Shown: positions 22,679 through 32,900 of the stretch, in pieces | Layout of the letters: each line of letters begins with the position of its first letter | Position numbering within the stretch: the first letter of the stretch is position 1 | Assembly (NCBI GenBank): GCA_000091205.1 | Contig: AP006492.2 | Length of the DNA: 64,000 bases | Reading direction: 5' to 3' (one strand) | From: Cyanidioschyzon merolae | Lineage: Eukaryota | Translations under genes and position numbers: made by a program | Notes under the pieces: model-generated | What the model was told of the DNA's origin: nothing | The model's database searches: none | The model's input: only the letters and a program-made list of their open reading frames with translations

Positions 22679-23473
22679 TTAGATCGGCGAGCCTGTGTCC
22701 GTCTCACATACGAACTTCATGGAGACGAGTTCCTCGATCCCGGCTTCGACGATGTCGCCGTGCAAGAGGGGCCCCACACCAGCTGGCGTGCCGGTTAGGA
22801 TGATGTCGCCCTCCTCGAGGGTCATCCACCGCGAGGCGTAGTGCACGAGACTAGCGATATCGTGGACCATGTCGACAGTGCAACCACGCTGGCGAAGCTG
22901 CCCGTTAACTTTCAGCCACAGCCACAGCCGTTGTGGATCATGCACCTCCTCACGTCGAATAAAGCGAGACATGGGCAGGAACGAGTCAGCGCTTTTCGCT
23001 AGTGTCCAGGGTAGTCCTTTGGCTTTCGCCTCGCGTTGCCAGCGTCGCGCTGTCACGTCTATGCAAACGAGGTACCCCGCAATGAACGAAAACGCTGCAT
23101 CTCTAGGCACACGTTTGCACCTACGCGCTATGACAAGTCCTAGCTCAACCTCGTGCTCTGGCTCAGAGCCAATTGGCAGGAGGATCGGTCTCCCTTCGCG
23201 CAAATAGCACGTCGTAGGTTTCATGAAGAAAAACGGTTCCTGGGAAACACTAGGCACTTCATGACCCATTTCTTTAGCGTGCTCCACATAGTTTCGACCC
23301 ACAGCAAGACATTTCTTGGAGATTTTCGATACCAGTGCGTCACCGAGTGCTCTCCTCGCTCGGGAGGCCATGAGCACCTGCCAAGCCTGGGCACTGTTCT
23401 CGCAGCGCTCAAGTGCGGCAGCGGCAACGGTATTGGCGCCAATGCAATGCAGCGCGCCTTGGCGGATATGCAT
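22679..23473 (-). CDS. fumarylacetoacetate-hydrolase family protein (FAHD1-like)
   Basis: 'KKCLAVGRNYVEHAKEMG', 'GSEPEHEVELGLVIARR', 'DIILTGTPAGVGPL'. Start placed at ATG 23473; an alternative ATG at 23371 would remove a possible presequence. Confidence 0.7.
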   Translation of the reverse strand: MHIRQGALHCIGANTVAAAALERCENSAQAWQVLMASRARRALGDALVSKISKKCLAVGRNYVEHAKEMGHEVPSVSQEPFFFMKPTTCYLREGRPILLPIGSEPEHEVELGLVIARRCKRVPRDAAFSFIAGYLVCIDVTARRWQREAKAKGLPWTLAKSADSFLPMSRFIRREEVHDPQRLWLWLKVNGQLRQRGCTVDMVHDIASLVHYASRWMTLEEGDIILTGTPAGVGPLLHGDIVEAGIEELVSMKFVCETDTGSPI

Positions 23474-23702
23474 TGAGTCATGAGCAGTCTCTTGTGGTAG
23501 AGGCACGTTGGTTGGGTATACACTGAAGTCTATACCGTCAGTCAGAAGGACAGCTGGTACGCGGTGCTGGCAAGCGAGTTGTGTGACGAGCATCGAGCAC
23601 AAAAGCACGCTGTCGGGGGGCTTGTTGGGAGTAGCGTGTCTTGACGTTCTGGACGCTTTCATCGACCTACGCTGACGGGCTGGTGACCCTCGGGTCTGGA
23701 AA

Positions 23703-25094
23703 ATGACCCGCCGTTTGCGGACAAGTCGTAATTCCAGGGAGCAAAAGCCTCAGGCGAGCAGATCGCAGGCCGCACGGCACGGCGAGTCGACGACAAGTGA
23801 CGCGTTGGCGTGCCTAGGTCCAGACGCGGACGATGCGTTCTTCGCTGCGCGCTCGCGGGGCGCTGGAACCCCAGCGAGTGCGCTGAACCCACCGAGCGAC
23901 TGCGGCGAGCCCGAGCACCACGCCGAGGACCTGGATGCTGAGAATAGAGCACCAAGCGGGGACAGATTGCCTCCGGAAGGAGGACCAGGAGCCATGCAGA
24001 GCACCGGCGAACATGGGGTTTGTGCTGCACATTCACCAGAAACGCCTGCGGTGACCGCACCGACGTCTGCTGGCTCTTGGGATGCACTGGACGAGGACCA
24101 GCAACGGCACCTTGTATCAACAGTAACGCGCTTCCTACTTGTCCGTGAACAATCGCGCATACCCGTGTTGAAGCGGGACATAACAAGCCTCGTGGCTGAA
24201 ACCCTTGGGGTGCCGGCTGGTCCTCGAGGTCGATTTCCAACCTGGCTCACGACACTGCGGAACGCTGCTCTGGAACGCGCCGCACAAATGCTTCTTTTTG
24301 ATTTGGGCTTTCGGGTTCTTCAGGTGGGTCGTCTTCCGCTTGGCGAGCATGCGAGGGGTCGCACGCGACAGGCTGCTCGTGGTTTAACGCTGACCGTAGC
24401 CCCCTATCACTTCTATCAGGAGAGATGTCTGGTCGAGGGAGCACCACCGTCGCTCGACGAAGCGCCGCCTGGAAACGATGGAATGCCCAGTGATCTACTC
24501 CTGCTCGTTTCGGACTTGCCCCCAAAGCTGCGCCCACAGCCGAGGAGCATTGCTTTTTCGGGATTGCTCATGGTGCTTGCATGTCTCTTTGGTCTTTCCG
24601 ACACCGGAATGATACAAGAGAAAGAGCTTTTCAATAGTTTTGCGCGAATCGGCTTAATGACCGTCCACAACAATTCCCAAGCTACCCGTGAGGCAGCGCT
24701 TCCAGCGCATACGCACAACGGAGACTATGTGCCTGAAACGAACCCATTGCGAGGTGTGCCGGCGAATGACGCCGACCCCGATGCCACTGGAGCTGTCTCC
24801 GGCGACAACGTCTGGTTCCATGGGTACCAGCGAAAAGCTGACATCCACAAACTCTTAACGCTCTATCTCCCAAAAATGCTCTATTTGCAACGCTTTCGAT
24901 TGAATATCGCGGATTCGGAATGGACATACGCTGCAGGTCCTCGCCTCAGAGCCGAGCTTCCACCGGAAAGTTTGTTCGAGCTCCTGTGCGAGTTCTTTGG
25001 CGAGGATGCGGACGAAGGCGCTGCAACGAATCTACGGCGCCGTCTCCTACCAGATCAGCCCGTGATGCTGAATGCATCACGTGCCGAATCGTAG
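23703..25094 (+). CDS. Nse3/MAGE-homology-domain protein (Smc5/6 complex non-SMC element 3-like)
   Basis: MAGE-homology pattern: 'HLVSTVTRFLLVREQSRIPVLKRDITSLV', '...LERAAQMLLFDLGFRVLQV', 'FSGLLMVLACLFGLSDTGMIQEKELFNSFARIG', 'TYAAGPRLRAELPPESLFELLCEFFG'. Confidence 0.5.
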   Translation: MTRRLRTSRNSREQKPQASRSQAARHGESTTSDALACLGPDADDAFFAARSRGAGTPASALNPPSDCGEPEHHAEDLDAENRAPSGDRLPPEGGPGAMQSTGEHGVCAAHSPETPAVTAPTSAGSWDALDEDQQRHLVSTVTRFLLVREQSRIPVLKRDITSLVAETLGVPAGPRGRFPTWLTTLRNAALERAAQMLLFDLGFRVLQVGRLPLGEHARGRTRQAARGLTLTVAPYHFYQERCLVEGAPPSLDEAPPGNDGMPSDLLLLVSDLPPKLRPQPRSIAFSGLLMVLACLFGLSDTGMIQEKELFNSFARIGLMTVHNNSQATREAALPAHTHNGDYVPETNPLRGVPANDADPDATGAVSGDNVWFHGYQRKADIHKLLTLYLPKMLYLQRFRLNIADSEWTYAAGPRLRAELPPESLFELLCEFFGEDADEGAATNLRRRLLPDQPVMLNASRAES

Positions 25095-25195
25095 AAGGTG
25101 AATGGATTCGGCAGCAGGTGCGCATCTGTGCCGAGTCTGCTTCGACGAATCGCTGCTTTTCTAGAGCTGTCAGTGCCCAGATGATCTGTTCGAGT

Positions 25196-26404
25196 CTAGG
25201 TCGCGTAGAGTACTTCAGCAGGCGAGTAATCGTCAAAAGCTCGCGGTGAGCGCCGATGCTCCAGTCGCAAGTGCTGGTGCACGTCCGGCCATACCTGCAC
25301 ACAATTTGGTCCATACGCTTCAGCAACAGCATGAACAGCTGTGTAGTACACCTGGTCAGTACGTACGAAGCACTTTTCACGGTTCAGGTGCGGTTTGCAA
25401 ACGCGATCAACGGGAGCGGCAGCACCTAGCCATGGCCTCCGGAGCGACGTCTGAGAGGCTTCGCTCCAGTTCAGAGCCGGTTCAATAACGTCGTAACGCC
25501 ACCAGCAAGGCACTCGAACACTGCACAGGTTAATCGGTAGTTGTCTTTCAATGTCATCCAGCACATGCAGTACCGGGCTTTCCGGATTAGAGCGCAGCGC
25601 ATTTTCGCTCGGAACGATGTACTCGTCCACATCTGCGAAAAGAATCCATTTGAATATGCCGCGATTCCGCCACAAACAATCGTTCATGGCTGCAATCTGA
25701 ACATGATTCCAGTGCACGCCCTTTGGTGGACGAAATGGCCACGCTATGATCGATACATTCGCAGGCACATCGGCGAGTCGCTCCGTCAATTCATCCCTAA
25801 GCTCCATTATTCTGGAACCACAGGCATCCGGCTCATTGAGATAGATGAAAAAATTCCGAATGCCGACCCTTGTATGGTGTATGATCCACGACAGGAGGAG
25901 GCTCTGCGAAACGGAGCGTTCTACGTTGTTCGGCCGACGGTTCTCCTGAGACTCAGGGCGCAACCGCAGCATCGTCCAGGCAGCGAGATGTAACTGCTCG
26001 TTTGGAGCAGTTCCTTCGAAAGCATCGGCGTCTGGTTTGCACTGCAGAATGAGCACTTCGTTTTGCGGGTCTAGGCGTGGCGGGAGAACGCCACCGGGCG
26101 CACACCACGTCGCTGCTGCTTGCTCTACAGTGCGCCGGTCCAGGGGCCCGCGAGCGCTCAAGACCAGCGTTTCAAGACCGTCACGTGACCGGAACCTGTC
26201 AAGGACGCGTAGCTTCGCGTAGGAGGTGATTCCTGTAGTCTCCTGGGTAAAACGGCATGCTTCTAGTATGGAAAGCGTGCGCTCGAGAGCATCGCCCGAC
26301 CTGGAGTGAAGTAATACCAGGAGCGTCAGCAGCAGGACGCAACCGGACAGCAGTCTTCTCGGGAAACCTGTTCCAGACGCACCTCCGACACCAACAACAA
26401 ACAT
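25196..26404 (-). CDS. GT92 (DUF23) family glycosyltransferase, type II membrane topology
   Basis: N-terminal hydrophobic anchor 'LLSGCVLLLTLLVLL'. GT92-like block 'WPFRPPKGVHWNHVQIAAMNDCLWRNRGIFKWILFADVDEYIVP'. First ATG at 26404 (ORF-track start 26482 is TTG). Confidence 0.5.
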   Translation of the reverse strand: MFVVGVGGASGTGFPRRLLSGCVLLLTLLVLLHSRSGDALERTLSILEACRFTQETTGITSYAKLRVLDRFRSRDGLETLVLSARGPLDRRTVEQAAATWCAPGGVLPPRLDPQNEVLILQCKPDADAFEGTAPNEQLHLAAWTMLRLRPESQENRRPNNVERSVSQSLLLSWIIHHTRVGIRNFFIYLNEPDACGSRIMELRDELTERLADVPANVSIIAWPFRPPKGVHWNHVQIAAMNDCLWRNRGIFKWILFADVDEYIVPSENALRSNPESPVLHVLDDIERQLPINLCSVRVPCWWRYDVIEPALNWSEASQTSLRRPWLGAAAPVDRVCKPHLNREKCFVRTDQVYYTAVHAVAEAYGPNCVQVWPDVHQHLRLEHRRSPRAFDDYSPAEVLYAT

Positions 26405-28995
26405 CTCCCAAAAGAAAAACGTTGTGACCGCCAGTGGTGTACAGTAGTGGCGAGTGCTCCGCCTTAGACTAGACGTCGCCAACTGACGAGCTGATGCCTT
26501 CCAGTCTTTTTCGACCGGCCACCTACAACGGCTTCCAATTTTTTCTCATATAATCCCACTTTGAGTGGTTGTCCCTTAAAATTCTCTCTTGACAGCTGTG
26601 GAGGTTTTTTCTCCATCACCGCGCATCTCCTGATATTGATGGCGGTGTTAAAATCTCGGTTCACAAACTCCATACGTTTCTCGCCATTGTTGGTACTCAC
26701 CAATGCAAGCAATCCTCGAACTTTCGCCATCCTTTCCATCTGCTCCTCCGTCAGCGGTCCGTATTTTCTTATCCTCAGGGCTCCTCATGCACATTCCTAC
26801 CTCCACTCTCTGAAGTAGACACCCCAGCTCATGGTGTGTATACGACGTTCGAAACTCACCTACAGGTATTGTTACAAAGCGCCTTGCGCACTCCTTATAC
26901 GCACTCGTCGTTGGAGCTGGCGTAGTTCCTTTTTGGGTCTTCCAGCGCCCTGCTCCGTATGCTACTACGAGCCTCTGACTTTTTTTATCCTCCTTCAAGG
27001 CGCTCATCTGATTGAAAACGTTCGCAAATGCCCGCTGCCTCTCTCCGTATAGACTCATACGCAGACGAGCCCACCGGGGCATGGTATACTCCTTCCACAG
27101 TGCGTCCCAATGGGCAACGCGAACTTCCATGAATTTCCGAAAAGCAGTAAAGTCCGCTCCTCAGCTCGTGATCTCCCTCATAGCTTCGAGGTGATCCTTC
27201 ATTCCTGCATTCCACCTCTCATTTGTCTTCCTTGCATTCATTATATCCGATTCTAGACAGTATCTCGCTCTCGAGAACCTCAAAAGACGCATGTCTTTCT
27301 GAGGTAAGTTGCCGTCAGTACCATCATCCGCACGCTTGGGAGCAGCGATGGTTATGATATTCGTATTCCCAGGGTCCGCGCCGACGACAAAGTCGTTATC
27401 TTGCACCTCCTGCGTCGCAAGATCCGCCTCCTTCTTTTCTGCATTCTTCGCCGCGCCAACGAAAGTCGTTATCCTGCACCTCCTGTGCCGCAGGATCCGC
27501 CTCCTTCTCACATTCATGGTTCGTCACGGGCGCAGCCGAGGGCGGGACTGGACGATCTCTCTTCAACCGCCGATAGTGTATACACAAGGCTACTCCATCG
27601 GTATCGATCATCCCAGTGAGTACCTTTTGTTTGCTCACCCTCAGACGTTTGAAATCGAAGATATTCTTCCAGAACGTCTCCCGGTTTTCACCGTAGAATT
27701 CCTCCCTGCTAACATCGAACTCCGGACTGATCTCCTTCATGATGCCATGAAGGACTGCGGAGTCGATACTCACAAAATGTGACTTGATGGTGCACATCGG
27801 AACGATGTAGAAGCGCTTACCCATCAGGAAAGCCTTCCGTCTGTCCCAGTCTTCAGTTTTCCCCACTCAGCTTCATTTCTGCCTTGCGTTCGAGTTCTCG
27901 GTCCAGAAACACGAAATAACATAGGATGAGGCGATAGTATCTTCCCTTATCTTTTTCAACGCTGATATCTTGTCTGTTGGATTCGGCAGCCCCATGACTG
28001 CACGGTGCTCTTGTATATCCGCACGGATGACGGAGACCTTATTCGTGCTCTGGTTTGACGCCTTCTTGTCGACAAATTCGACGTCATCTTCACGCTTGCG
28101 ATCGTTCGTGATGCCATTGATAATCGCTGATATTCCTTTGGGACAGATGCCCGGGTAGAGTGCAAACAAGGCGCGTATCATGTAACGTTCGAGGTTCACT
28201 GTCAAATTGTTCTTCAGGTTCGCGGTATACTTTATCGCCCCGTATATGTAAATACCCCGGTCACCGCTTTATCGATTACTCTCGAGGCGGAATTCCGCCA
28301 AGTTTTCGTGGAGGGCATGCACTGGCTCATTTTCCCCCGCGCTTACTCTGTACCAAGCATCAGCTGACGAATAAACGTCGCATCGAAAACGCCGTCCGGG
28401 AACCTCGACCGTTTCCATGTGCGTCACTTCGCGATACATCTCCCTCGCCAAATGCATCAGTCCTGACGAGGCCTTGACAATACTCTTGGAGTACGAGTCG
28501 ATACGTTTTTCGATAGCGTTTCGCTAGTGTTCCCTGTAAGGATCCTTGATATGTTTAAGAAGAAAGGTTTTCACCAGCATCTCGTTGTACGGTTGTAGTT
28601 CTTGCGGCCATCGACTTGGGATATCCCCTTTTTGCGTTTTCTTCTTATGCTGTTCTTCTGAACTCGGTACTGTTTTTTTCTTTTCTGGCAGCCAGCGACA
28701 CTGGGGCGTCAGGATCGCCGACTTGCTTTTTCATAACATCCTTTTTTTGTTTTTTTTTGAAAAGAACGCTCCATCAACGCCTCTGATATAGACCGCTAAA
28801 TATCACTTGGATAAACTAAATTGAGCGTTGAAACATAATTGACCTGAAAAGTGTACTCTGTTATGACTTTAACGAATATACAACTTGTAATTGAGAGCAA
28901 CACGCTCAAGATCGCGATCGCGTTTCCCTTCACCAACGACATGCGCGTGGTGTCTCATACCTGCCAGATATGGAGGTGCGCGTATCGACCGCTAT
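26372..28995 (-). mobile_element. Fanzor/TnpB-like element, copy C (near-identical to copy D)
   Basis: ORF fragments 26464..26739, 26648..27130, 27161..27517, 27396..27866, 27873..28205 and 28269..28457 match the Fanzor protein. 5' leader ends ~28995 where LINE sequence begins. Confidence 0.5.
26464..28583 (-). pseudogene. Fanzor (TnpB-like) ORF, copy C (multiple frameshifts and stops)
   Basis: '[18 protein letters not shown]' (RuvC-I), 'EFRTSYTHHELGC', 'RMEFVNRDFNTAINI' (RuvC-III). Has TGG (W) where A/B have the TGA stop. Confidence 0.55.
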
Positions 28996-30380
28996 AATCC
29001 CTTGGCACACGGACTCGAACTCCAAATACCCTCGACAGAAGGTATAGCAGCAGGCTGCCGGGTACGTATATGGGCCAAAGGGCCCGCCATGCGCACCTCT
29101 TTGAGTCGGATTTTCATGCAGACCCCTACGCACCTCAAGAACACTTGGACGAAATTGACGCAGATTGGGCTGAAGCGCCTATTAGACGAACATACGCTCC
29201 CCAATCGTTCCCCAGGAATGTACAAGGCTCCCGCCGCCTCAAGCGAACGGTCCAAACAACAATATGGGAACGTAGACACGGAACCAGTCGCGCCAGTAAC
29301 GCCGGCTTGATCCTATACCGGAGCTACAACCTAGCATACACATGCAAGTACTGGTGGGAGGCGCTGGAATTCCCGGGACTTGCTCGAGGTACCCAGTGGC
29401 TCGCCAAAATCCGCGTTGGTGGCTTCTGGCTAGCGGCACCGGCTCTAAGCCGTATAGGGACACTGGAATCGCACTGGGAGTCACACTGTCCCTGCTATCG
29501 AGACGATAACCCCGAGACGCTGACATATTTAGGCTTACAGTGCCCGCGCTGGAAGCAGGAGCGCAGCGAGCTCCTTGAAGGACAGCAGCAGCTGGGCATC
29601 ACCATGATATCCGAGGGCCGGACACTCACTTTGAGAGCAGCACTGGCAACTGATGGTCCGCTAACAGATCCTCAGCGCTCATTAGTGGCGAACAAACTCA
29701 CATGCTACCTTCCAAGCGGAAGGTCCAGCGGATCGGATGCGCACACGGGCCCAGTGCTCTCTGCGCCTACCTTCTGTATGGGTGTCAAACACAAACCCGC
29801 ATTGCCAACCGACGACAACGCATTCCATGCATGATCACGAAAGAGAGAGGCGGCTCCCACGATATATCCTAACAGTCAAGTTTCTCCAGCGTGTCGAGCA
29901 GCGAAGACAAGCCTGCATCCGCAGACTGTCCGAGCACACACTGACGACGAGACCCGATTCTACGTCGGGTGAAGCGCACCTTGAGCCGACGCCCTCTGGG
30001 GTATAGAAAAGCCGTTCTGTCTCCATGATGCATCTGTACCAAAGGTAAAGACGCTATTGCGGACAATTAGGACAGGTTCTGGGCACACGATAGGACGTAT
30101 GAGATGACCAGAATATCCGAGATGAAGGATAGGTAATTTGACGTGGAGGTACGGGGGTTGATGGATACCCCACCGCGCACTGTAAAAAAATAACGCAAAA
30201 AGTAAGAAAAGAAAAATGCGCACAATCGGAGAACGCTGGCCCAAGTAAACGCGTTGTCCGTGAAAAAGGACTCATCGATGCCGGCAGGCGTGCAGGCAAT
30301 CAGGCAGGCGGCAATCTCAGCCACAGAATGCGACGGCGCGAGCGCACGTCCTTCCCGGGGCAATAAGCGGCGCCTTTCGT
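28975..30380 (+). mobile_element. LINE-like retrotransposon, copy 3 (5'-truncated: end of RT ORF, C-terminal Cys/His ORF, ~300-nt 3' UTR)
   Basis: 28891..29834 ORFs match copy 2 39551..40400 in inverse orientation. 30067..30363 matches 39076..39318 (3' UTR). Confidence 0.6.
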
Positions 30381-30462
30381 CCTATACGAGCGTGCTGCTG
30401 TAATTTCTGCTTTGAACCATTTTACAAGCGAGCAAGTACGAGGACACTGTTTCACGGAAACA

Positions 30463-31896
30463 ATGATAGCGTTCGTTATTAATTCTGCAACGAAGGCCGC
30501 AGTTAGCCCATTAAAAGGACAAATTTGCCGTGGTCTTCCGAAAAACCCGAGCTTTGCGGCGTCTACCTGGCTAGGGCAGGCTGCGCTCTCGACGCGGCCG
30601 CGAAGTTCGCAAGGGCGTGGGCGCTCCGGTGTTCGCGAAAGCGCAGCTACGCGCGCACGCGCTCCTGTTTGTGTTCAAACAAGTGACGTTGCTATGCGGG
30701 TCCGTTCTATTCGTGATTTGCAGGACGCTGAAATCCGCGGAAAAAGAGTGTTTGTTCGTTCTGATTTGAACGTGCCCCTTGATGGAAAGCGAATCACAGA
30801 CGACACGCGGATTCGGGCGTCCGTCCCGACGATCAAGTACCTCGCAGACAAAGGAGCAAAGGTGATCGTCGTTTCGCACCTCGGGCGACCCAAGGGCGGC
30901 TTTGAGGACAAATATTCCTTGGCGCCAGTGGCGGAACGTCTCTCGGAACTCTTGGGAAAGAAGGTTCGCATGGCAAAGGATTGTATCGGGGACGCAGTGG
31001 CGACCGAAGTAGCGGCTATGTCCCCTGGAGATGTTGTTCTTCTGGAGAACGTCCGTTTTTACCCTGAGGAAGAAAAGAACGACCCCGATTTTGCGCGCAA
31101 GCTAGCGGCGAATGCGGACCTCTACGTGAATGATGCGTTCGGAACGGCGCACCGGGCGCACGCGTCCACAGAGGGCGTTACCGCTTTTCTCAAACCCGCA
31201 GTGGCGGGATTCCTCCTCGAAAAAGAGCTGGATTATTTGTCGAACGCAATTGAGAGCCCGAAGCGTCCATTTGCCGCTATCGTTGGAGGCTCCAAGGTCA
31301 GCACGAAAATCGCTGTTTTGGAGAAACTTCTTCAAAAATGCGATACAATCATCATCGGAGGAGGCATGGTATTTACGTTTCTCCGCGCGCGCGGTCTGAA
31401 GACTGGTAGCTCGCTTGTTGAGGAAGACAAAATTGAGTTGGCACGAGTCATCGAGGAAGAAGCGCGCAAGCGGGGAATCGAGCTCCTCCTACCCCTCGAT
31501 GTTGTCGTCGCCGATAAGTTCGCCAATGATGCGAATACAAAGGTCGTACCAGTGGAGGAGATTCCGGACGGATGGATGGGTCTTGATAACGGGCCAGAGA
31601 CGACAAGAATGATCCAGGAGAAGCTTCGCACGATGAAGACTGTTCTTTGGAACGGGCCCCTGGGCGTTTTCGAGATGCCGAACTTTGCCAAGGGCACCTT
31701 TGCCATTGCGGAGACTCTCGCGGAGATCACTCAGAACGGCTGCATCACGATTGTGGGAGGTGGCGATTCTGTTGCCGCTATGGAGCAATCAGGTAAGGCG
31801 GACAAGGTATCGCATATCTCAACCGGTGGTGGCGCTGCGTTGGAGTTAATCGAGGGGCGGGTATTGCCAGGTGTAGCGGCGCTCCAGAGGGCGTGA
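30463..31896 (+). CDS. PGK: phosphoglycerate kinase with ~77-aa N-terminal extension (alternative start at 30694 gives a canonical ~400-aa PGK)
   Basis: '[16 protein letters not shown]', '[11 protein letters not shown]', '[23 protein letters not shown]', '[16 protein letters not shown]', 'GGGMVFTFL', 'GGGDS', '[10 protein letters not shown]'. Confidence 0.85.
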   Translation: MIAFVINSATKAAVSPLKGQICRGLPKNPSFAASTWLGQAALSTRPRSSQGRGRSGVRESAATRARAPVCVQTSDVAMRVRSIRDLQDAEIRGKRVFVRSDLNVPLDGKRITDDTRIRASVPTIKYLADKGAKVIVVSHLGRPKGGFEDKYSLAPVAERLSELLGKKVRMAKDCIGDAVATEVAAMSPGDVVLLENVRFYPEEEKNDPDFARKLAANADLYVNDAFGTAHRAHASTEGVTAFLKPAVAGFLLEKELDYLSNAIESPKRPFAAIVGGSKVSTKIAVLEKLLQKCDTIIIGGGMVFTFLRARGLKTGSSLVEEDKIELARVIEEEARKRGIELLLPLDVVVADKFANDANTKVVPVEEIPDGWMGLDNGPETTRMIQEKLRTMKTVLWNGPLGVFEMPNFAKGTFAIAETLAEITQNGCITIVGGGDSVAAMEQSGKADKVSHISTGGGAALELIEGRVLPGVAALQRA

Positions 31897-32259
31897 TTGG
31901 TCTTTGTTTGGGACGATCTCGCTCGATGCGGGGAATCATGTCGAGTCACGAGAGTTTCCAGCAGAGCACGTCTGGTTGCACCGGAATCTCAGGATTGTCT
32001 CGAGCACAGCGACAGGATTTTCTGCATCATTTGGATGTTGGTTCGTTTGGCGCATAAACGACTTGATGAGCAAATGCACCGTCACACCAGTATCCAAGTT
32101 AGTGTCTGACCAATCAGCAGGGACAGGAGCAAACGGGCGCGTCGTTCGTCAACCGCGTGCATCACCGGCTCTCCTCAACCGAAAACATGCATAAGCCGCA
32201 AATGCACTATAGAATGTCTTACTGCACATTGGAATACCGTGGTTGTTCCCAAATTGCCC

Positions 32260-32900
32260 AGCGGAATCGTACACTTTGTCCATAAACGGTGCTCTGGCCT
32301 CGCTGGATTGCTGAAACGTACCATATCAGTGTCTTGCGCTTGGTTGTAATCCCGTACCCTCCTTCATAATCGCTGATTTCTTTCATCGAAAGTCTTCAGA
32401 ATTTGCCCACAATGCCCTCATGGAATACGAAACGATTTTCCCGAAACATCGCTCAATAGAAAGTTCTTGGACGCTCCACGAGCACAAAACGCTTCCGCAT
32501 GTTAATCGCGGCGTTGAACTCAAGGAACACGAAGTGCTCGTGCGCACCGTTGCGGGTGGAATCTCATCATGGTACACTCTACGTTTTCGATTGTCTCACC
32601 ATTTGACGATAGCTCAGCATACTGCACACCATCCGATACATCCGGTTCTGTGCCACGCTGTTTTCATCGAACACTTTCAGCGCACAAGTGTGCTATTGAT
32701 GTGTTTTTGCCATCCTGACATATCGATGGGATTCGTATCGAATCGATTCCAGCACTTTTTCTCGTTAGCGTCGAGGAGGCAGGGTTGCTGCATTTGGGCA
32801 CCGCAGCTCGTTCGGCGTCCTAGACTAGCACGAAACGACGCTACTTTCCAACCCAATGAACAAGTAAGAAAGTGCGCGTTACATTCTGCCACATAACCTG
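32260..32900. repeat. Diverged paralogous segment (partner of 9600..10560)
   Basis: See 9600..10560. Confidence 0.4.
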
